Origin: a virus
Virus record (IMG/VR): IMGVR_UViG_3300033149_002985
Coordinates: 28,966-92,965 of that record
Strand: one strand, 5' to 3'
DNA: 64,000 nucleotides
In this document: in pieces, positions 31,754-42,176 of the stretch
Layout: each line of letters opens with the position of its first letter
How positions within the stretch are numbered: position 1 is the first letter of the stretch
The notes under the pieces: generated by a model
What the model saw: only the letters and a program-made list of their open reading frames with translations
Told to the model about the DNA's origin: nothing
Databases searched by the model: none
Position numbers and translations under genes: made by a program

Positions 31754-32884
31754 TCATAATTTAATCCTTTCCAAACATTCTTCCGTAATTGGATTGTTGC
31801 AAGTTGGGCAAATTTTCGATTCTTCTAATAATCGTTTATATTCAGTTTCTTGTCCTTCAAATTCTATCTCAACTTCCTCTAATGCTATTTCTGTTTCTTT
31901 TTTTGTCTGACTTAGAGCATTATTATCCTTAATCCACGATTTTAAGGTGTTTAACCTCTCTATTTTAGCTTGTAATGGGATAAAATCAACCTCAGTTAAG
32001 CGAATTTCGCCTATTTTAGCCCGTATATCCTTTATTTCCTTTTCATTGCTTACAAGCGATTCTCGCAAGGATTCTAGTTTCTCTAATTTCTTTGCTTTTT
32101 GTATTGCTTGGTTAAAAATTTCAACATTAACAGTCTTAATACTTTTCAACTGTTCTTTGGCAATTTCTATTTCTTCTTCATTAATTTCTAACTCTTCTTG
32201 AATTTTGGTTAATTTATCCAATCTTTCTTTTAATTTCTTAACCCTTTCATAATGAATCTTAAAACTATCAACAATCTTTTGGTAATTGTTCCTTTCTTTT
32301 TCTATCTCAATCAAATCGTCTTTAGATTTTTCTACTATTTCATCTTGAGATTTAACTGAACGCCCTACATTTAATAAACTCTTATTGAAAGCCCCTAATA
32401 ATTTATCTTGTAATTCATTTCCTGTTAATAAATTAAATAACTTCATCCTAAAAGAACCAGGCTTATCCAACAAAAAGGGTAACGTAATTTGCTCTGCTAT
32501 GTTTAAATTTATAGATTCTTTATCGATTTCTATAGGGTTTAAATTAATAACATCTTTAATTTCTTGAGGAATTTCTTTACCTATAGAATTAAATTCGGAT
32601 TCTTTTCCATTAACAGTTAAAATATACCTATTTATTGATGAAGAACGTACTTTCTCTAAAATAATGTTATCAGAGAAAAATATTTTAACGGAGGTTTTTT
32701 TAGTGCCTTCTTTACGCACAGCATCAATCTTCTTATTGTTGACTACCCAATCAATTGAACGGCGTAAACAAGATTTTCCTGTGCGACTAGCACCACAAAT
32801 TACGTTGACCCCTTTAACAAAGTCAATGTTTAGTTTAGAATGTTTTTGAAAATTAATTATTTCCAAGCGATCAATGGTTTGCAT
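31754..32884 (-). CDS. Rad50/SbcC N-terminal half ending in a zinc hook
   Basis: NFQKH, Walker A GASRTGKS, Q-loop, coiled coil, CPTC. Confidence 0.85.
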   Translation of the reverse strand: MQTIDRLEIINFQKHSKLNIDFVKGVNVICGASRTGKSCLRRSIDWVVNNKKIDAVRKEGTKKTSVKIFFSDNIILEKVRSSSINRYILTVNGKESEFNSIGKEIPQEIKDVINLNPIEIDKESINLNIAEQITLPFLLDKPGSFRMKLFNLLTGNELQDKLLGAFNKSLLNVGRSVKSQDEIVEKSKDDLIEIEKERNNYQKIVDSFKIHYERVKKLKERLDKLTKIQEELEINEEEIEIAKEQLKSIKTVNVEIFNQAIQKAKKLEKLESLRESLVSNEKEIKDIRAKIGEIRLTEVDFIPLQAKIERLNTLKSWIKDNNALSQTKKETEIALEEVEIEFEGQETEYKRLLEESKICPTCNNPITEECLERIKL

Positions 32885-33370
32885 TTATTTTCCTTCTTCT
32901 GTTTTCACATTTGCTTTATCATTGATTTCTTTAGCCTTTTCAACTATTTCTTCATCTGTTAATCCTTCAACAACGGGTTTTTCAGTTTTATCTTCTTCTT
33001 TAGGTACAACCACAGTTGCTGTCTTAGCAGATTCTTTTAATTCTTCTTGTGTTAAGGGTCGTCCTGCGGTTACTTCTTTTTCAACAACAGGGTCTTCGAC
33101 CTTTGTTTCTTCCTTCGGTTTTTCCTCAACTTTAACATCTTCTTTTTTTGGTTCCTCCTTCTTAACTTCTTCTTTCTTTTCAACAGAAAAATCAAATGCT
33201 ATTTGTGAAGCCTTGCCTTCTTCTTTATTAGGAACTAAATAAAGATTAACTTCGACATTAGCATCTGTTTCTCTAACCTTTTCAAGTTTTTCTGCTAATT
33301 CTTTTAACCTACGAGCAGAAATTTCTACCTTTCCTACTTTTTTAACATCGGTTGATTTAAATTCTACCAT
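32885..33370 (-). CDS. Low-complexity K/E/V-rich protein
   Basis: ORF with GGAG RBS. Confidence 0.6.
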   Translation of the reverse strand: MVEFKSTDVKKVGKVEISARRLKELAEKLEKVRETDANVEVNLYLVPNKEEGKASQIAFDFSVEKKEEVKKEEPKKEDVKVEEKPKEETKVEDPVVEKEVTAGRPLTQEELKESAKTATVVVPKEEDKTEKPVVEGLTDEEIVEKAKEINDKANVKTEEGK

Positions 33371-33807
33371 TGTTTTATTCTCCTTTTTCTTTAAATAATC
33401 TGATTTTGTTCTAAAATTAAGGTTATGTCATTTTCGTTGTTTTCATCACAAAGATTCCCAAAATCAATTCCTTCTTTAGTTATTCGATAATTAACATCTT
33501 CAATTTGTCTTTGACCATTTCGGAATACTTCTTTGACCTTTTGATTATTATTTAATCTAATAATTTTACTCATACGTTTTCTCCTTTTAAACTACTCTTT
33601 TTCCATTAATATAAAGTTCCATTTTTTTATTTACATGAAGATAATTTTTACCCAACCAAAAACTAATATTATCTGGATTAAGAACTTGTGTAATATAATT
33701 TTTTAATTTTCCCGGAATTACAACAATTTTTGTAAATGTCCCTATTGGTTTATTCTTTACTTTTTTCCCATTCAATTGATAAATCATCTTATTTCTCCTT
33801 TTTATTA

Positions 33808-33836
33808 AGTATACCACATTTCAATGAGTTTAGCAA
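33808..33836 (-). promoter_or_regulatory. sigma70-type promoter TTGCTA-N17-TATACT with TG extended -10
   Basis: Minus strand TTGCTA aactcattgaaatgtgg TATACT upstream of an AAGGAG RBS. Confidence 0.6.
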
Positions 33837-33848
33837 ATATTATTACCT

Positions 33849-35084
33849 TTACACTACGTTAGACATTATCCTTTTCTTTTTTGCTTTGTTTAAGCTTTTG
33901 GCGTTATAAGCTTCTAATTCTTTAACAATATCATATCCTTTAATACCTTCAGTAACTTGTAAATCGACTTTTATGGAATCCCTAGTACCATTTTGGTAAA
34001 AAATATGTAGATTTTGACTTGCTCTGCTTTCTAATTGTAAAGCACTATCACTAAAAGCATTTGCTCCAACTAAAGATGAACCTCTAGCATAAACATCACC
34101 AATCCTAGCCGAATGAAGATGTCCACTTATTACAAAATCCACATTTATTTTTTGTGATGTGTATTTACCCTTTATTTTTTGAATTGACTGTTCCATACTA
34201 TTTGATTTTAATTGGTTCCCATGTAACAATAAAAGATTTTGACCAGATACTTCTATTATCTGTTCTAATAAATTACCATTTAATAATTTAATATTTGAAT
34301 TCCTAAAAATTAATTTAAGAATGTTATAAATGGTAAAATCATAGTTATCAGAAGCCATCATTTCTGTCCAGCCAATATCTTTAGCTATTCTGCTTTCATT
34401 CCCAACAACATTAGCAACCGTTACTTGAAAATCTTTAGAAATATCTAAAATAAACTGTTCTAATATATTAACGGCTAAAAAAGTGGCTTTACTTCTATTA
34501 GTGGCTTCGCTTAATAATTCATCTAACCTACGATCACTGTTCAAAAGATCGCCAGTCATTGCAATAAGAATTTTTTTAATTCCTAAAGGCTTAAAATATT
34601 GTTTCGTTTTAGTTGCAAATAATTGTAACCTTTGCGAAGCAATAGGAAAATCATATTTATTATGAACTAAGTTCACTAGCTCATTAAAATGGGTATCTGT
34701 AATATGAATAATGCCCGTAGCTCCTTTAGATAAACTTTTACTCTTCTTAACTGCAAAAGCAGGTAATTTATAATTAGAAAAAACATCAATTAAATTTTTA
34801 TTATATTCAATTAAAGCATTGTCTAATTTAATTTTTTCCCTTAATTGTTTTCTTCCTATTCGGGTCAAATCTTTATAACGCTGATTAGAAGCTATTAACT
34901 GTGTATTTTGTTTAGTGATTTCAAAATCTTCGTCATAATCAACTGAACCTTTTAATCTTAAATTTGTTAAATGGGAATATACAGTTCGTTCTCCACAATC
35001 AAGAACATAGGCAATTTCTGTTGCGGATTTGCCTTCTTTGTATAACTCAATTAACATTTTATCATTTATTTTGGTTTTTTTCAT
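33849..35084 (-). CDS. HTH-fused calcineurin-like metallophosphoesterase
   Basis: N-terminal HTH (EIAYVLDCGERTV); TDTHF, GDL, GNE, HG, GHLH. Confidence 0.75.
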   Translation of the reverse strand: MKKTKINDKMLIELYKEGKSATEIAYVLDCGERTVYSHLTNLRLKGSVDYDEDFEITKQNTQLIASNQRYKDLTRIGRKQLREKIKLDNALIEYNKNLIDVFSNYKLPAFAVKKSKSLSKGATGIIHITDTHFNELVNLVHNKYDFPIASQRLQLFATKTKQYFKPLGIKKILIAMTGDLLNSDRRLDELLSEATNRSKATFLAVNILEQFILDISKDFQVTVANVVGNESRIAKDIGWTEMMASDNYDFTIYNILKLIFRNSNIKLLNGNLLEQIIEVSGQNLLLLHGNQLKSNSMEQSIQKIKGKYTSQKINVDFVISGHLHSARIGDVYARGSSLVGANAFSDSALQLESRASQNLHIFYQNGTRDSIKVDLQVTEGIKGYDIVKELEAYNAKSLNKAKKKRIMSNVV

Positions 35085-36212
35085 AGTTTTAGTCTTCCTT
35101 TTTATTATCCTTAACACGTTCATCTTGAACCAATGGAATTTTATTATGTTCCATTATTCTCGTTTGATTTGTTCTTATATCTCGGATCAATTTAACTGTT
35201 AAACCAACAGCTTTAAGTAAACTTTTAAGAAGTATAACTTTGGTAAAACCTATATCGCCTTTTTTAATTACAGCATTTTCGTCAATAACTTTTAATTCTT
35301 TATTAACATCTTTACTTTTAATCATTATATTCTCCTCCCTGTCTTTCAATTTCACGAAGTATTTCGTTGTATTCTTGAATATTAATTTCATTTCTATTAA
35401 GTTTTTCTTCTAATAATCTTAATTCATCAATATACGCACTCATTATTTCCTTTCTTTAAATAAATTTACAACCATAATCCAATCCTTCTGGTCGTTGCTC
35501 ATCTATTAAATCTTCAATTAAATCTATAGAACTTTTAATTTTACCTATTTTTGTGATAGATATCAAACTATAATTTTTACTAACTGAGATTAAATCTAAT
35601 AATCGACCTAATTCTTTAACTCCAATAATTAAATATTTTTCATTTGAAATATCATTTGGACTGTATTTTAATTCTATTAAAAAAGTTTCTCGATTGTCCA
35701 TTATATCTCCTTTATAAATTAAAAACTTTGTCCTGTAAACTGCATAATTCATCAATAATCTCATAAGCTTCTTTTTGATTATTGGCAGTTACTAAACCAT
35801 GAATTTTACTACCTATTTCCATAATTTCGTCCATAATTTTTTCTTTATCTTCTTTAATCATTATATTTCCTTTTTTAAATCTATCTTTTCTTGTTGTCTT
35901 GATGTTCTCTTTTTATCTTTAATTTTAGTTCTCGGATTCATTTTCCAAGTTTTACGAATTGATTTATAAATTTCTAAAGGATTAAGTTTCATAGTTACCA
36001 TTTATATTTTTTATCCTGTTTAGCTCTAATTTTGAATCCTTCTGGTGAATAATATGTTTTACTAATTAATAAATTAACTCCAGAACCAATGAACCAATAT
36101 CTAGGTATCATATATTTAATATCCATTTCGATTTTTGTAATAGGACATATTTTGACTTTACCAAATAATTTTAGAAAAAACCATCTCATACTTTTCCTTT
36201 CTTCTTTTAATT

Positions 36213-38597
36213 TTAAAATTTATTTAAATCATCTTGCCAACCCATAGCTTCAAATAAAGTAACAAGTTTCATTCTAATATTTCTATCAATCATTTTTGCC
36301 CAATCAATCTTACGTAAATGGTCTTGTCTATCTTCATCAAAGGCTTGAACATCTCTTGGTTTTTTAACTTTTCTATTGGAGATATTCCAATGAATTCCAA
36401 GAGTTTTAATCTTTTCTTCATCCTCTGGAAATGGAGTTCCTACTAGTTCACTAGAATCTTTTCCATGTATATAATCCCCAATTTCTAAAGAGATTTCCTT
36501 TGCTGTTAGTCTTTGTTTTTTTGTAGTACCTTCTCGTTTACCTGGAACTACTTTATAATATGTAATTTCTTTTTTTTCTACAGTATAATATTCAGGTTCG
36601 ACATAAATATAAAAATAAGGTTCTCCGACTTCTTTATGGAAATTAGGAGTTTCTGCCAAAGCACGAGCAAATATTGGCAAATTCTTATATTGATCGGGTT
36701 TCTTTGCCAATTTACAAGGAAATGCAATATCCTGTAAAGGAGTTTTTTTAATCTCTTGGATTTGAGCCATAATCCATTCATAAATAGAATCTTTTGATTC
36801 TTCTTTTTTTCTTATTTTAAAAATTTTATCAATTAAAGTTTTCTGAAATTTTTTCATAAATTTAGTACTGTCTTTGCGTTTTGCTTCGACTCCTTTAATT
36901 TCTTCCTTAACTTCTCCTCGTTGGTTTCTTAAATATCCAATATATCTACATTTTGCCAAAATCAAAATATCATCAAAATGCCCCTCATAATCAAATTTAA
37001 TATCAATTAATTTTCCAAATCTAGTCTGCGCCCACTCATTAATCAATTGATTTAGCAATTCTTCTAAATTTTTTCCATTGTCTTTAATAAAGCAACTATC
37101 TGTATCTATATATATGACTTTATGACCGAGCTCTTCTAATTTATTAAAAACATAATGAAGTAAATCACGTACAATTCCTGTAGTCATTGATGCAATTCTT
37201 TTATCATAACGCCTAAAATACTTATTACCAATAACACCCCATGCAGATAAAACAACAGTTTTGAAAGCTTCATATCTTTTCTTTATATCTTCGTATTCTT
37301 TTGTATTAGAATTAGTTGCATTCATTAATTTTTTTAATTTATTTTTTTCGTCAACTAATTTTTTTACTACTTTTGGTAATAGAGTATTTGGGTTCTGAAT
37401 AACATTATAAGATTCTACAACTTCTTGTGTAAGTCTATCTTTAACATCAATTAAAATAGAATTATCAGTTGGCATATCTACAATATTGACAGAATCTAGA
37501 CAAAGATTAGTAATAGCATAACAATAAGCACCAGATAAATCATATTTTCCAATATTAGTAAATGCTCCTGTTTCTAAAGCATCACGAAAAGCCCCTTCAA
37601 AATCACTATCTTCGGCGTTATCTGCATTGGGTTTCATAGGCAATACTACATTAGATTCTTTAGCTTCTCTTAATAAAAACATATCTATAATACGAGAATT
37701 CCAAATCATATCTTCCCATTCAATATGAGAAATCCGTCTAATCATATCGTAATGAGGAATGAACCCCATCTTCTTCTCTAATTCTACCATCCCTTTAACG
37801 TCACCCATACATCTACCAACAATACTATCTTTATCTAATTTAGAAAAATCTACATGTTTATATTTCCCTTTATCATATCCTAAGTATTTCTCCATTAAAG
37901 TTTCTAATCCATAAGAAGGTTCTTTATTCAAAGTAAATTTTTTCCACCATTCTAAAGAATCAATGATTGAAATGCCAGCAGGGAACTTCATATCTTGCTT
38001 TCCATATCTTGATTGTCCTATTGGGCTAATTCTTTCTGCAAAATTTGGTATTCGATAATTTAAATAAGGATAATCGAAAAAATTCATATTATGCGCTATC
38101 AAAAGATCAGGTGGATTATTTTTAATAAAATTCATAAAATCAAACCATAAATCTGATTCTCTTTGATAATCTCCTAAATACCAAGTATGGCATTTATCCT
38201 CTAGATTATCATAAATAACAATACAAGAAATTGGATCTGGAGATTTTTTAGTTTCAAATGGCTTTGGTAATTTCTTGGATAATACTTCCATATCCATCAT
38301 GTACCATCTAAGTTTAGTTTTGTTTATTTCTTTAACTTTATCAATCAAATATCGTTTTGATAATGGGATATCTGCCTCATAAGAAGTATCTGAACGTCTT
38401 TCTCTAATATCTTTGGGATGGCTTACAAAAAGCTTTTTTAATTTAACCCCATCGTAACCAATGCAAGAACCTTCGGGGCAAATATCATAATAGTAAGGAA
38501 AGAAACTTTCATCTTCTTTAATTTCTAACTTTCCATTTTCATCTCTCAAAAAGAGAAATATTTTTTTCGCCTGAGTATATATGTTTGTAAGATTCAT
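36213..38597 (-). CDS. polB: Family B DNA polymerase (divergent motifs)
   Basis: ExoI DME, ExoII HN..FD.PY, motif A YDLSGAY, motif B K...LSAWG, motif C YIDTDS, K.RY, KGVE. Confidence 0.92.
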   Translation of the reverse strand: MNLTNIYTQAKKIFLFLRDENGKLEIKEDESFFPYYYDICPEGSCIGYDGVKLKKLFVSHPKDIRERRSDTSYEADIPLSKRYLIDKVKEINKTKLRWYMMDMEVLSKKLPKPFETKKSPDPISCIVIYDNLEDKCHTWYLGDYQRESDLWFDFMNFIKNNPPDLLIAHNMNFFDYPYLNYRIPNFAERISPIGQSRYGKQDMKFPAGISIIDSLEWWKKFTLNKEPSYGLETLMEKYLGYDKGKYKHVDFSKLDKDSIVGRCMGDVKGMVELEKKMGFIPHYDMIRRISHIEWEDMIWNSRIIDMFLLREAKESNVVLPMKPNADNAEDSDFEGAFRDALETGAFTNIGKYDLSGAYCYAITNLCLDSVNIVDMPTDNSILIDVKDRLTQEVVESYNVIQNPNTLLPKVVKKLVDEKNKLKKLMNATNSNTKEYEDIKKRYEAFKTVVLSAWGVIGNKYFRRYDKRIASMTTGIVRDLLHYVFNKLEELGHKVIYIDTDSCFIKDNGKNLEELLNQLINEWAQTRFGKLIDIKFDYEGHFDDILILAKCRYIGYLRNQRGEVKEEIKGVEAKRKDSTKFMKKFQKTLIDKIFKIRKKEESKDSIYEWIMAQIQEIKKTPLQDIAFPCKLAKKPDQYKNLPIFARALAETPNFHKEVGEPYFYIYVEPEYYTVEKKEITYYKVVPGKREGTTKKQRLTAKEISLEIGDYIHGKDSSELVGTPFPEDEEKIKTLGIHWNISNRKVKKPRDVQAFDEDRQDHLRKIDWAKMIDRNIRMKLVTLFEAMGWQDDLNKF

Positions 38598-38601
38598 GAG
38601 T

Positions 38602-39030
38602 TTATAAACTCCCAAAAGTTATTACAGATTTACACAATCCTCTTAATTGTTCATAAATACAATATCTAACTTTTTTATCTGATAAAGATTTTCTATATCT
38701 TTCATCAGTTTTAATTAAATGTTGTAAAATATTTAAAGATTCTCTCCAAGCCATAAATTCAATGTTAATAACAGTAATTATGTTATAATTTTTACCATCT
38801 TGTTCAAATTTAAATCCACCATTATAACAAGAAAAATCTATTTTAATATTGTTTTTCTGTAAATATTCAAGAATAATATGTCTTTTACGTATACTCACAA
38901 CATAATCATAATCAGATTTATCTGAACTTATAATATAGTTTAAATCTTTATTATCTAAAGCCCTAGAACCTGTAAGAAAATATTCTTTTTCATTTATACC
39001 TAAATTATTAAATGTTTGTTTAATATCCAT
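38602..39030 (-). CDS. Pol-beta superfamily nucleotidyltransferase
   Basis: LTGSR...SDYDY. Confidence 0.7.
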   Translation of the reverse strand: MDIKQTFNNLGINEKEYFLTGSRALDNKDLNYIISSDKSDYDYVVSIRKRHIILEYLQKNNIKIDFSCYNGGFKFEQDGKNYNIITVINIEFMAWRESLNILQHLIKTDERYRKSLSDKKVRYCIYEQLRGLCKSVITFGSL

Positions 39031-39034
39031 AAAA

Positions 39035-39478
39035 TTATTTCCTTTGTTTTAATATCTTCTCGTATTCCCAATAATCATAAACTTTTCCTAAATATTCAGA
39101 GCGTAGTTTTTTAATCTCTGTTTCTATTCCATAATATCCAGAAAAAACATAACACTTTTTTAATCCATCAATGGATTTTGCTGTAACAGAAATTATATTA
39201 TCATTTATAACTTCTCTAGCTTTTTTAGTAATACTATCCCACCATTGTCCATAACAATGTTCTACGGTTCCATCAGTTAGTTGTAAATCAAATTTTCTAC
39301 CTGCAAACGCCTCCCAAGTTTTTCCTGGACTTTCATAACCATAACAGCAAAGAAAACAACCGTCCGTTCCAACAATAGTATAACCCCCATACTTTGTATA
39401 TTCTAATTTAATGGGTTGTTCCATAACAAAGGCTTCGCCGTCATTAAATTTGACCACAGCAATGATTTTATTTTCCAT
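39035..39478 (-). CDS. Hypothetical phage protein
   Basis: AFAGRKF...CYGQWW; ORF track. Confidence 0.55.
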   Translation of the reverse strand: MENKIIAVVKFNDGEAFVMEQPIKLEYTKYGGYTIVGTDGCFLCCYGYESPGKTWEAFAGRKFDLQLTDGTVEHCYGQWWDSITKKAREVINDNIISVTAKSIDGLKKCYVFSGYYGIETEIKKLRSEYLGKVYDYWEYEKILKQRK

Positions 39479-39622
39479 TCTCTGTTCCTTTAATTAAATT
39501 ACCAAAAAACAATTGCTTTGTGTAAGGTCTTTATTTCTTCTTGATCTTCTACATAAATATTGTATTTAACATCTCCTACTTCGGTTTGCACTTGAATTTT
39601 CATAGTTTATTTTCTCCGTTTA

Positions 39623-39988
39623 TTATTGGTTTGGTTTATTTTTTAGTAAACTTTGATGAAGTGAAACGTAGTTTTCACGTGCCTTTAGCACTTTTTCCAA
39701 CCCTTTGTAATTCTGTTCTTCTTTAATCATGTTTCCATATTCTTCTTTAGCTTCTGAATTGTCAATAGTTAATTGAATATAAGCCTTTTCGATAGCTAAG
39801 GTTTCTTTAATTCCTGTTTTTGAATCTGCTCGATTTAGAGCATAAGCATCAACTAATCGTCCATCTATTTTTAATTTGGCAACTGCGTAAGCCATTCTAG
39901 CCTCTGAATATTCATCTGCAATAGCAACCGTTTCTCTTGCGAAAGCTTTTAATTTCTGATCTTCATCATAATCATAATTTTGTTCCAT
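39623..39988 (-). CDS. Helical protein downstream of recA (possible recombination mediator)
   Basis: All-alpha pattern; function inferred from position only. Confidence 0.4.
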   Translation of the reverse strand: MEQNYDYDEDQKLKAFARETVAIADEYSEARMAYAVAKLKIDGRLVDAYALNRADSKTGIKETLAIEKAYIQLTIDNSEAKEEYGNMIKEEQNYKGLEKVLKARENYVSLHQSLLKNKPNQ

Positions 39989-39990
39989 TT

Positions 39991-41103
39991 TTATTTCTCC
40001 TTTTTAGGTCTACCTCTTCCACGTTTTTTCTTAGGTTTAACAGATTCTTCTTCTAATGCTTTTTTAAATTCAGGATCTCTTTCAGCACGCTTTTTTACAG
40101 TTTCTTTAAAATCTCTTGTAAGGGGTTTTTTTTTAAAATTTTCTTGCTCCGCAATTTCTTTTTCTTCTTCTTCGATTTCTTTTTTTAAATGTTCTGGTAA
40201 ATAAAATCCACTCTCATAATAATAAGGAAGTCTTAATTCTGTTCTCTCTTGTGCCATCCCATCAATTTGACACATATCCACTTTTAAAACAGATTCAAAT
40301 CCTGTTTGTATAGTTTCATACGATTTATTTCCAGTAGGTGTTAATTTTCCTGTATCTACTTTTTTATTTGGTGCATTCGCTTTCTGACCTCGCATTATAT
40401 GAACAATTCCCTTTGAATAATGAATCAATGCGTTCCCACCGCTTAATTTTTGAATTGGGAAAAATCCACCTAAATCTACTCTTGTTTGTCCAATTAAGAT
40501 AACAGCAACATTAGCCCTTTTAACAGGGTCAATTGCCATTTTAAAAAACTGAGATAACTTTCTTGCCAATAATGCCATCGTGTCTTTTGCAACACTTTTA
40601 TCACCCTTTTTATCTTCTTGTTCTCCCTTTGGAGACAAAGAATGGATCGAATCTAAAATAATCACATCTACTAATTTTTTCCTTGAAAATTCAATAATAG
40701 TATCTAAAGATTGTTCAGCTTGTGGAAATTCTCCAATCATAAGGAGGTCAGGATCAACCCCGAATTTCATGGCTCTAGCTTGGTCATAAGGCTCTAAAGC
40801 AATGTAATAGACTAGTTTACCCTCTTTTTGGGCGGAAGCTGTTATCATGTGTGCTAGGGTGCTTTTCCCTGTTCCGCTTGCCCCCCAAAATGTAAAGAAG
40901 TTGCCATAAGGCAACCCACCACCCAATAGGTTATCTATTGGTTCAAATCCCACAGGAATTTTTTCCACCTTACGGTGTTCATCCCCAAAATGAAGAGTAT
41001 CCATCCCATGTTCTTTGTTAATTTTTCGAGCCGTCTTTTTTAATATTGCTAATCGCTCTGCATTATCTTTATATTCATATGATTCAATAGGGTTTTTAGG
41101 CAT
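39991..41103 (-). CDS. recA: RecA-family recombinase
   Basis: GASGTGKS, IILDS, ARKLSQ, GQTR, GGNAL. Confidence 0.9.
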   Translation of the reverse strand: MPKNPIESYEYKDNAERLAILKKTARKINKEHGMDTLHFGDEHRKVEKIPVGFEPIDNLLGGGLPYGNFFTFWGASGTGKSTLAHMITASAQKEGKLVYYIALEPYDQARAMKFGVDPDLLMIGEFPQAEQSLDTIIEFSRKKLVDVIILDSIHSLSPKGEQEDKKGDKSVAKDTMALLARKLSQFFKMAIDPVKRANVAVILIGQTRVDLGGFFPIQKLSGGNALIHYSKGIVHIMRGQKANAPNKKVDTGKLTPTGNKSYETIQTGFESVLKVDMCQIDGMAQERTELRLPYYYESGFYLPEHLKKEIEEEEKEIAEQENFKKKPLTRDFKETVKKRAERDPEFKKALEEESVKPKKKRGRGRPKKEK

Positions 41104-41854
41104 TATTGGTTCCTTTCAACATTAAATTATACTCAGTTGCCATGATATGATGATAATTATTTTTATGAATATCCGCTTCTATTGTATATCCTCTAATTTT
41201 TCGCCATTTAGTAATAGATTTTAATTTTGTTAATCTGATTCTTACTGAAGCATAATATCTAACATATTTATCAAAAGATACTGTTTGTTGTTTTGTTTTT
41301 AAATTCCATCGAATCTGATTTAAACATAGTAAAGTCACATCTGTATCATCAATCATAGTCATAACATCTTTTAACATTGTCCCTATCATTTGTTCCTGAA
41401 CTTTATAATCTCCAAAATCATTTTCTAATTCATTAATAGATGGTAATGCTGACATCGAATCAATAACAATTAAATCTACTAAATCATGTTCAACATGATA
41501 AACTATTATCTGTATTGCCATTTCTCCACATGTTGGAGTACATACTAATAATTTGTTTAAATTTATACCGGCATGTTTTGCATATATCTGACTAAGATTT
41601 CTTTCAGCATCAATATAAAGAACAATTAAATCTTGTTTCTGAGCATTAGCAATAATATCATATGCTAATAATGTTTTACCTGAACCTGCTTCTCCAGAAA
41701 TTTCTATTGTTTTTCCTTTAGGAATACCATTAATCCCTAATGCTTTATCTAGTTCTTCATGTCCTGTAGAAATAACTTTTAAATCTCTAGGCTTCTTTGG
41801 AAAAATTCCAAACTTTTTTTGAAAATCATTTAAAATATCATCTATTTTGGTCAT
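41096..41854 (-). CDS. recA: Second, shorter RecA paralogue
   Basis: ISTG..ELDKALG..GIPKG, GEAGSGKT, IDAE, VIDS, NQIR, YASVRI. Confidence 0.85.
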   Translation of the reverse strand: MTKIDDILNDFQKKFGIFPKKPRDLKVISTGHEELDKALGINGIPKGKTIEISGEAGSGKTLLAYDIIANAQKQDLIVLYIDAERNLSQIYAKHAGINLNKLLVCTPTCGEMAIQIIVYHVEHDLVDLIVIDSMSALPSINELENDFGDYKVQEQMIGTMLKDVMTMIDDTDVTLLCLNQIRWNLKTKQQTVSFDKYVRYYASVRIRLTKLKSITKWRKIRGYTIEADIHKNNYHHIMATEYNLMLKGTNNA

Positions 41855-42176
41855 TAAAAGCCTTTCTTGCTAATTCAAAAAAATCATCTGCGTCCATAGT
41901 TACAAATTTGTCACCGTATTTATTCTCTGTAACAATAATCGGAATCTTTTTGGATTGTAAAGGCATCCTTGTTGTTAATATTAACCATTCGTTTTTGTAA
42001 TCAATAATAATATTTTCTTTAGTATGTTTAATTTTTGATTCTACAAAGAAAAATTTATTGGAAATATCACCATTACTCGCTCCACACCCTGAACCAGGAG
42101 TTTTTCTAGTATTAGGATCAATATCTTTTAAATTTTCTACTATGTATTCTTCTAAAGAATTATGTTTATCGCTCAC
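41838..42176 (-). CDS. Hjc-like PD-(D/E)XK Holliday junction resolvase
   Basis: PGSG...GDI....VESK. Confidence 0.65.
   Translation of the reverse strand: MSDKHNSLEEYIVENLKDIDPNTRKTPGSGCGASNGDISNKFFFVESKIKHTKENIIIDYKNEWLILTTRMPLQSKKIPIIVTENKYGDKFVTMDADDFFELARKAFNDQNR

Noticed and set aside
36300-36600. PolB C-terminal insertion as an intein
   Set aside because: No C/S...HN-C/S/T splice motifs and no LAGLIDADG; RtcB and RecA also lack inteins
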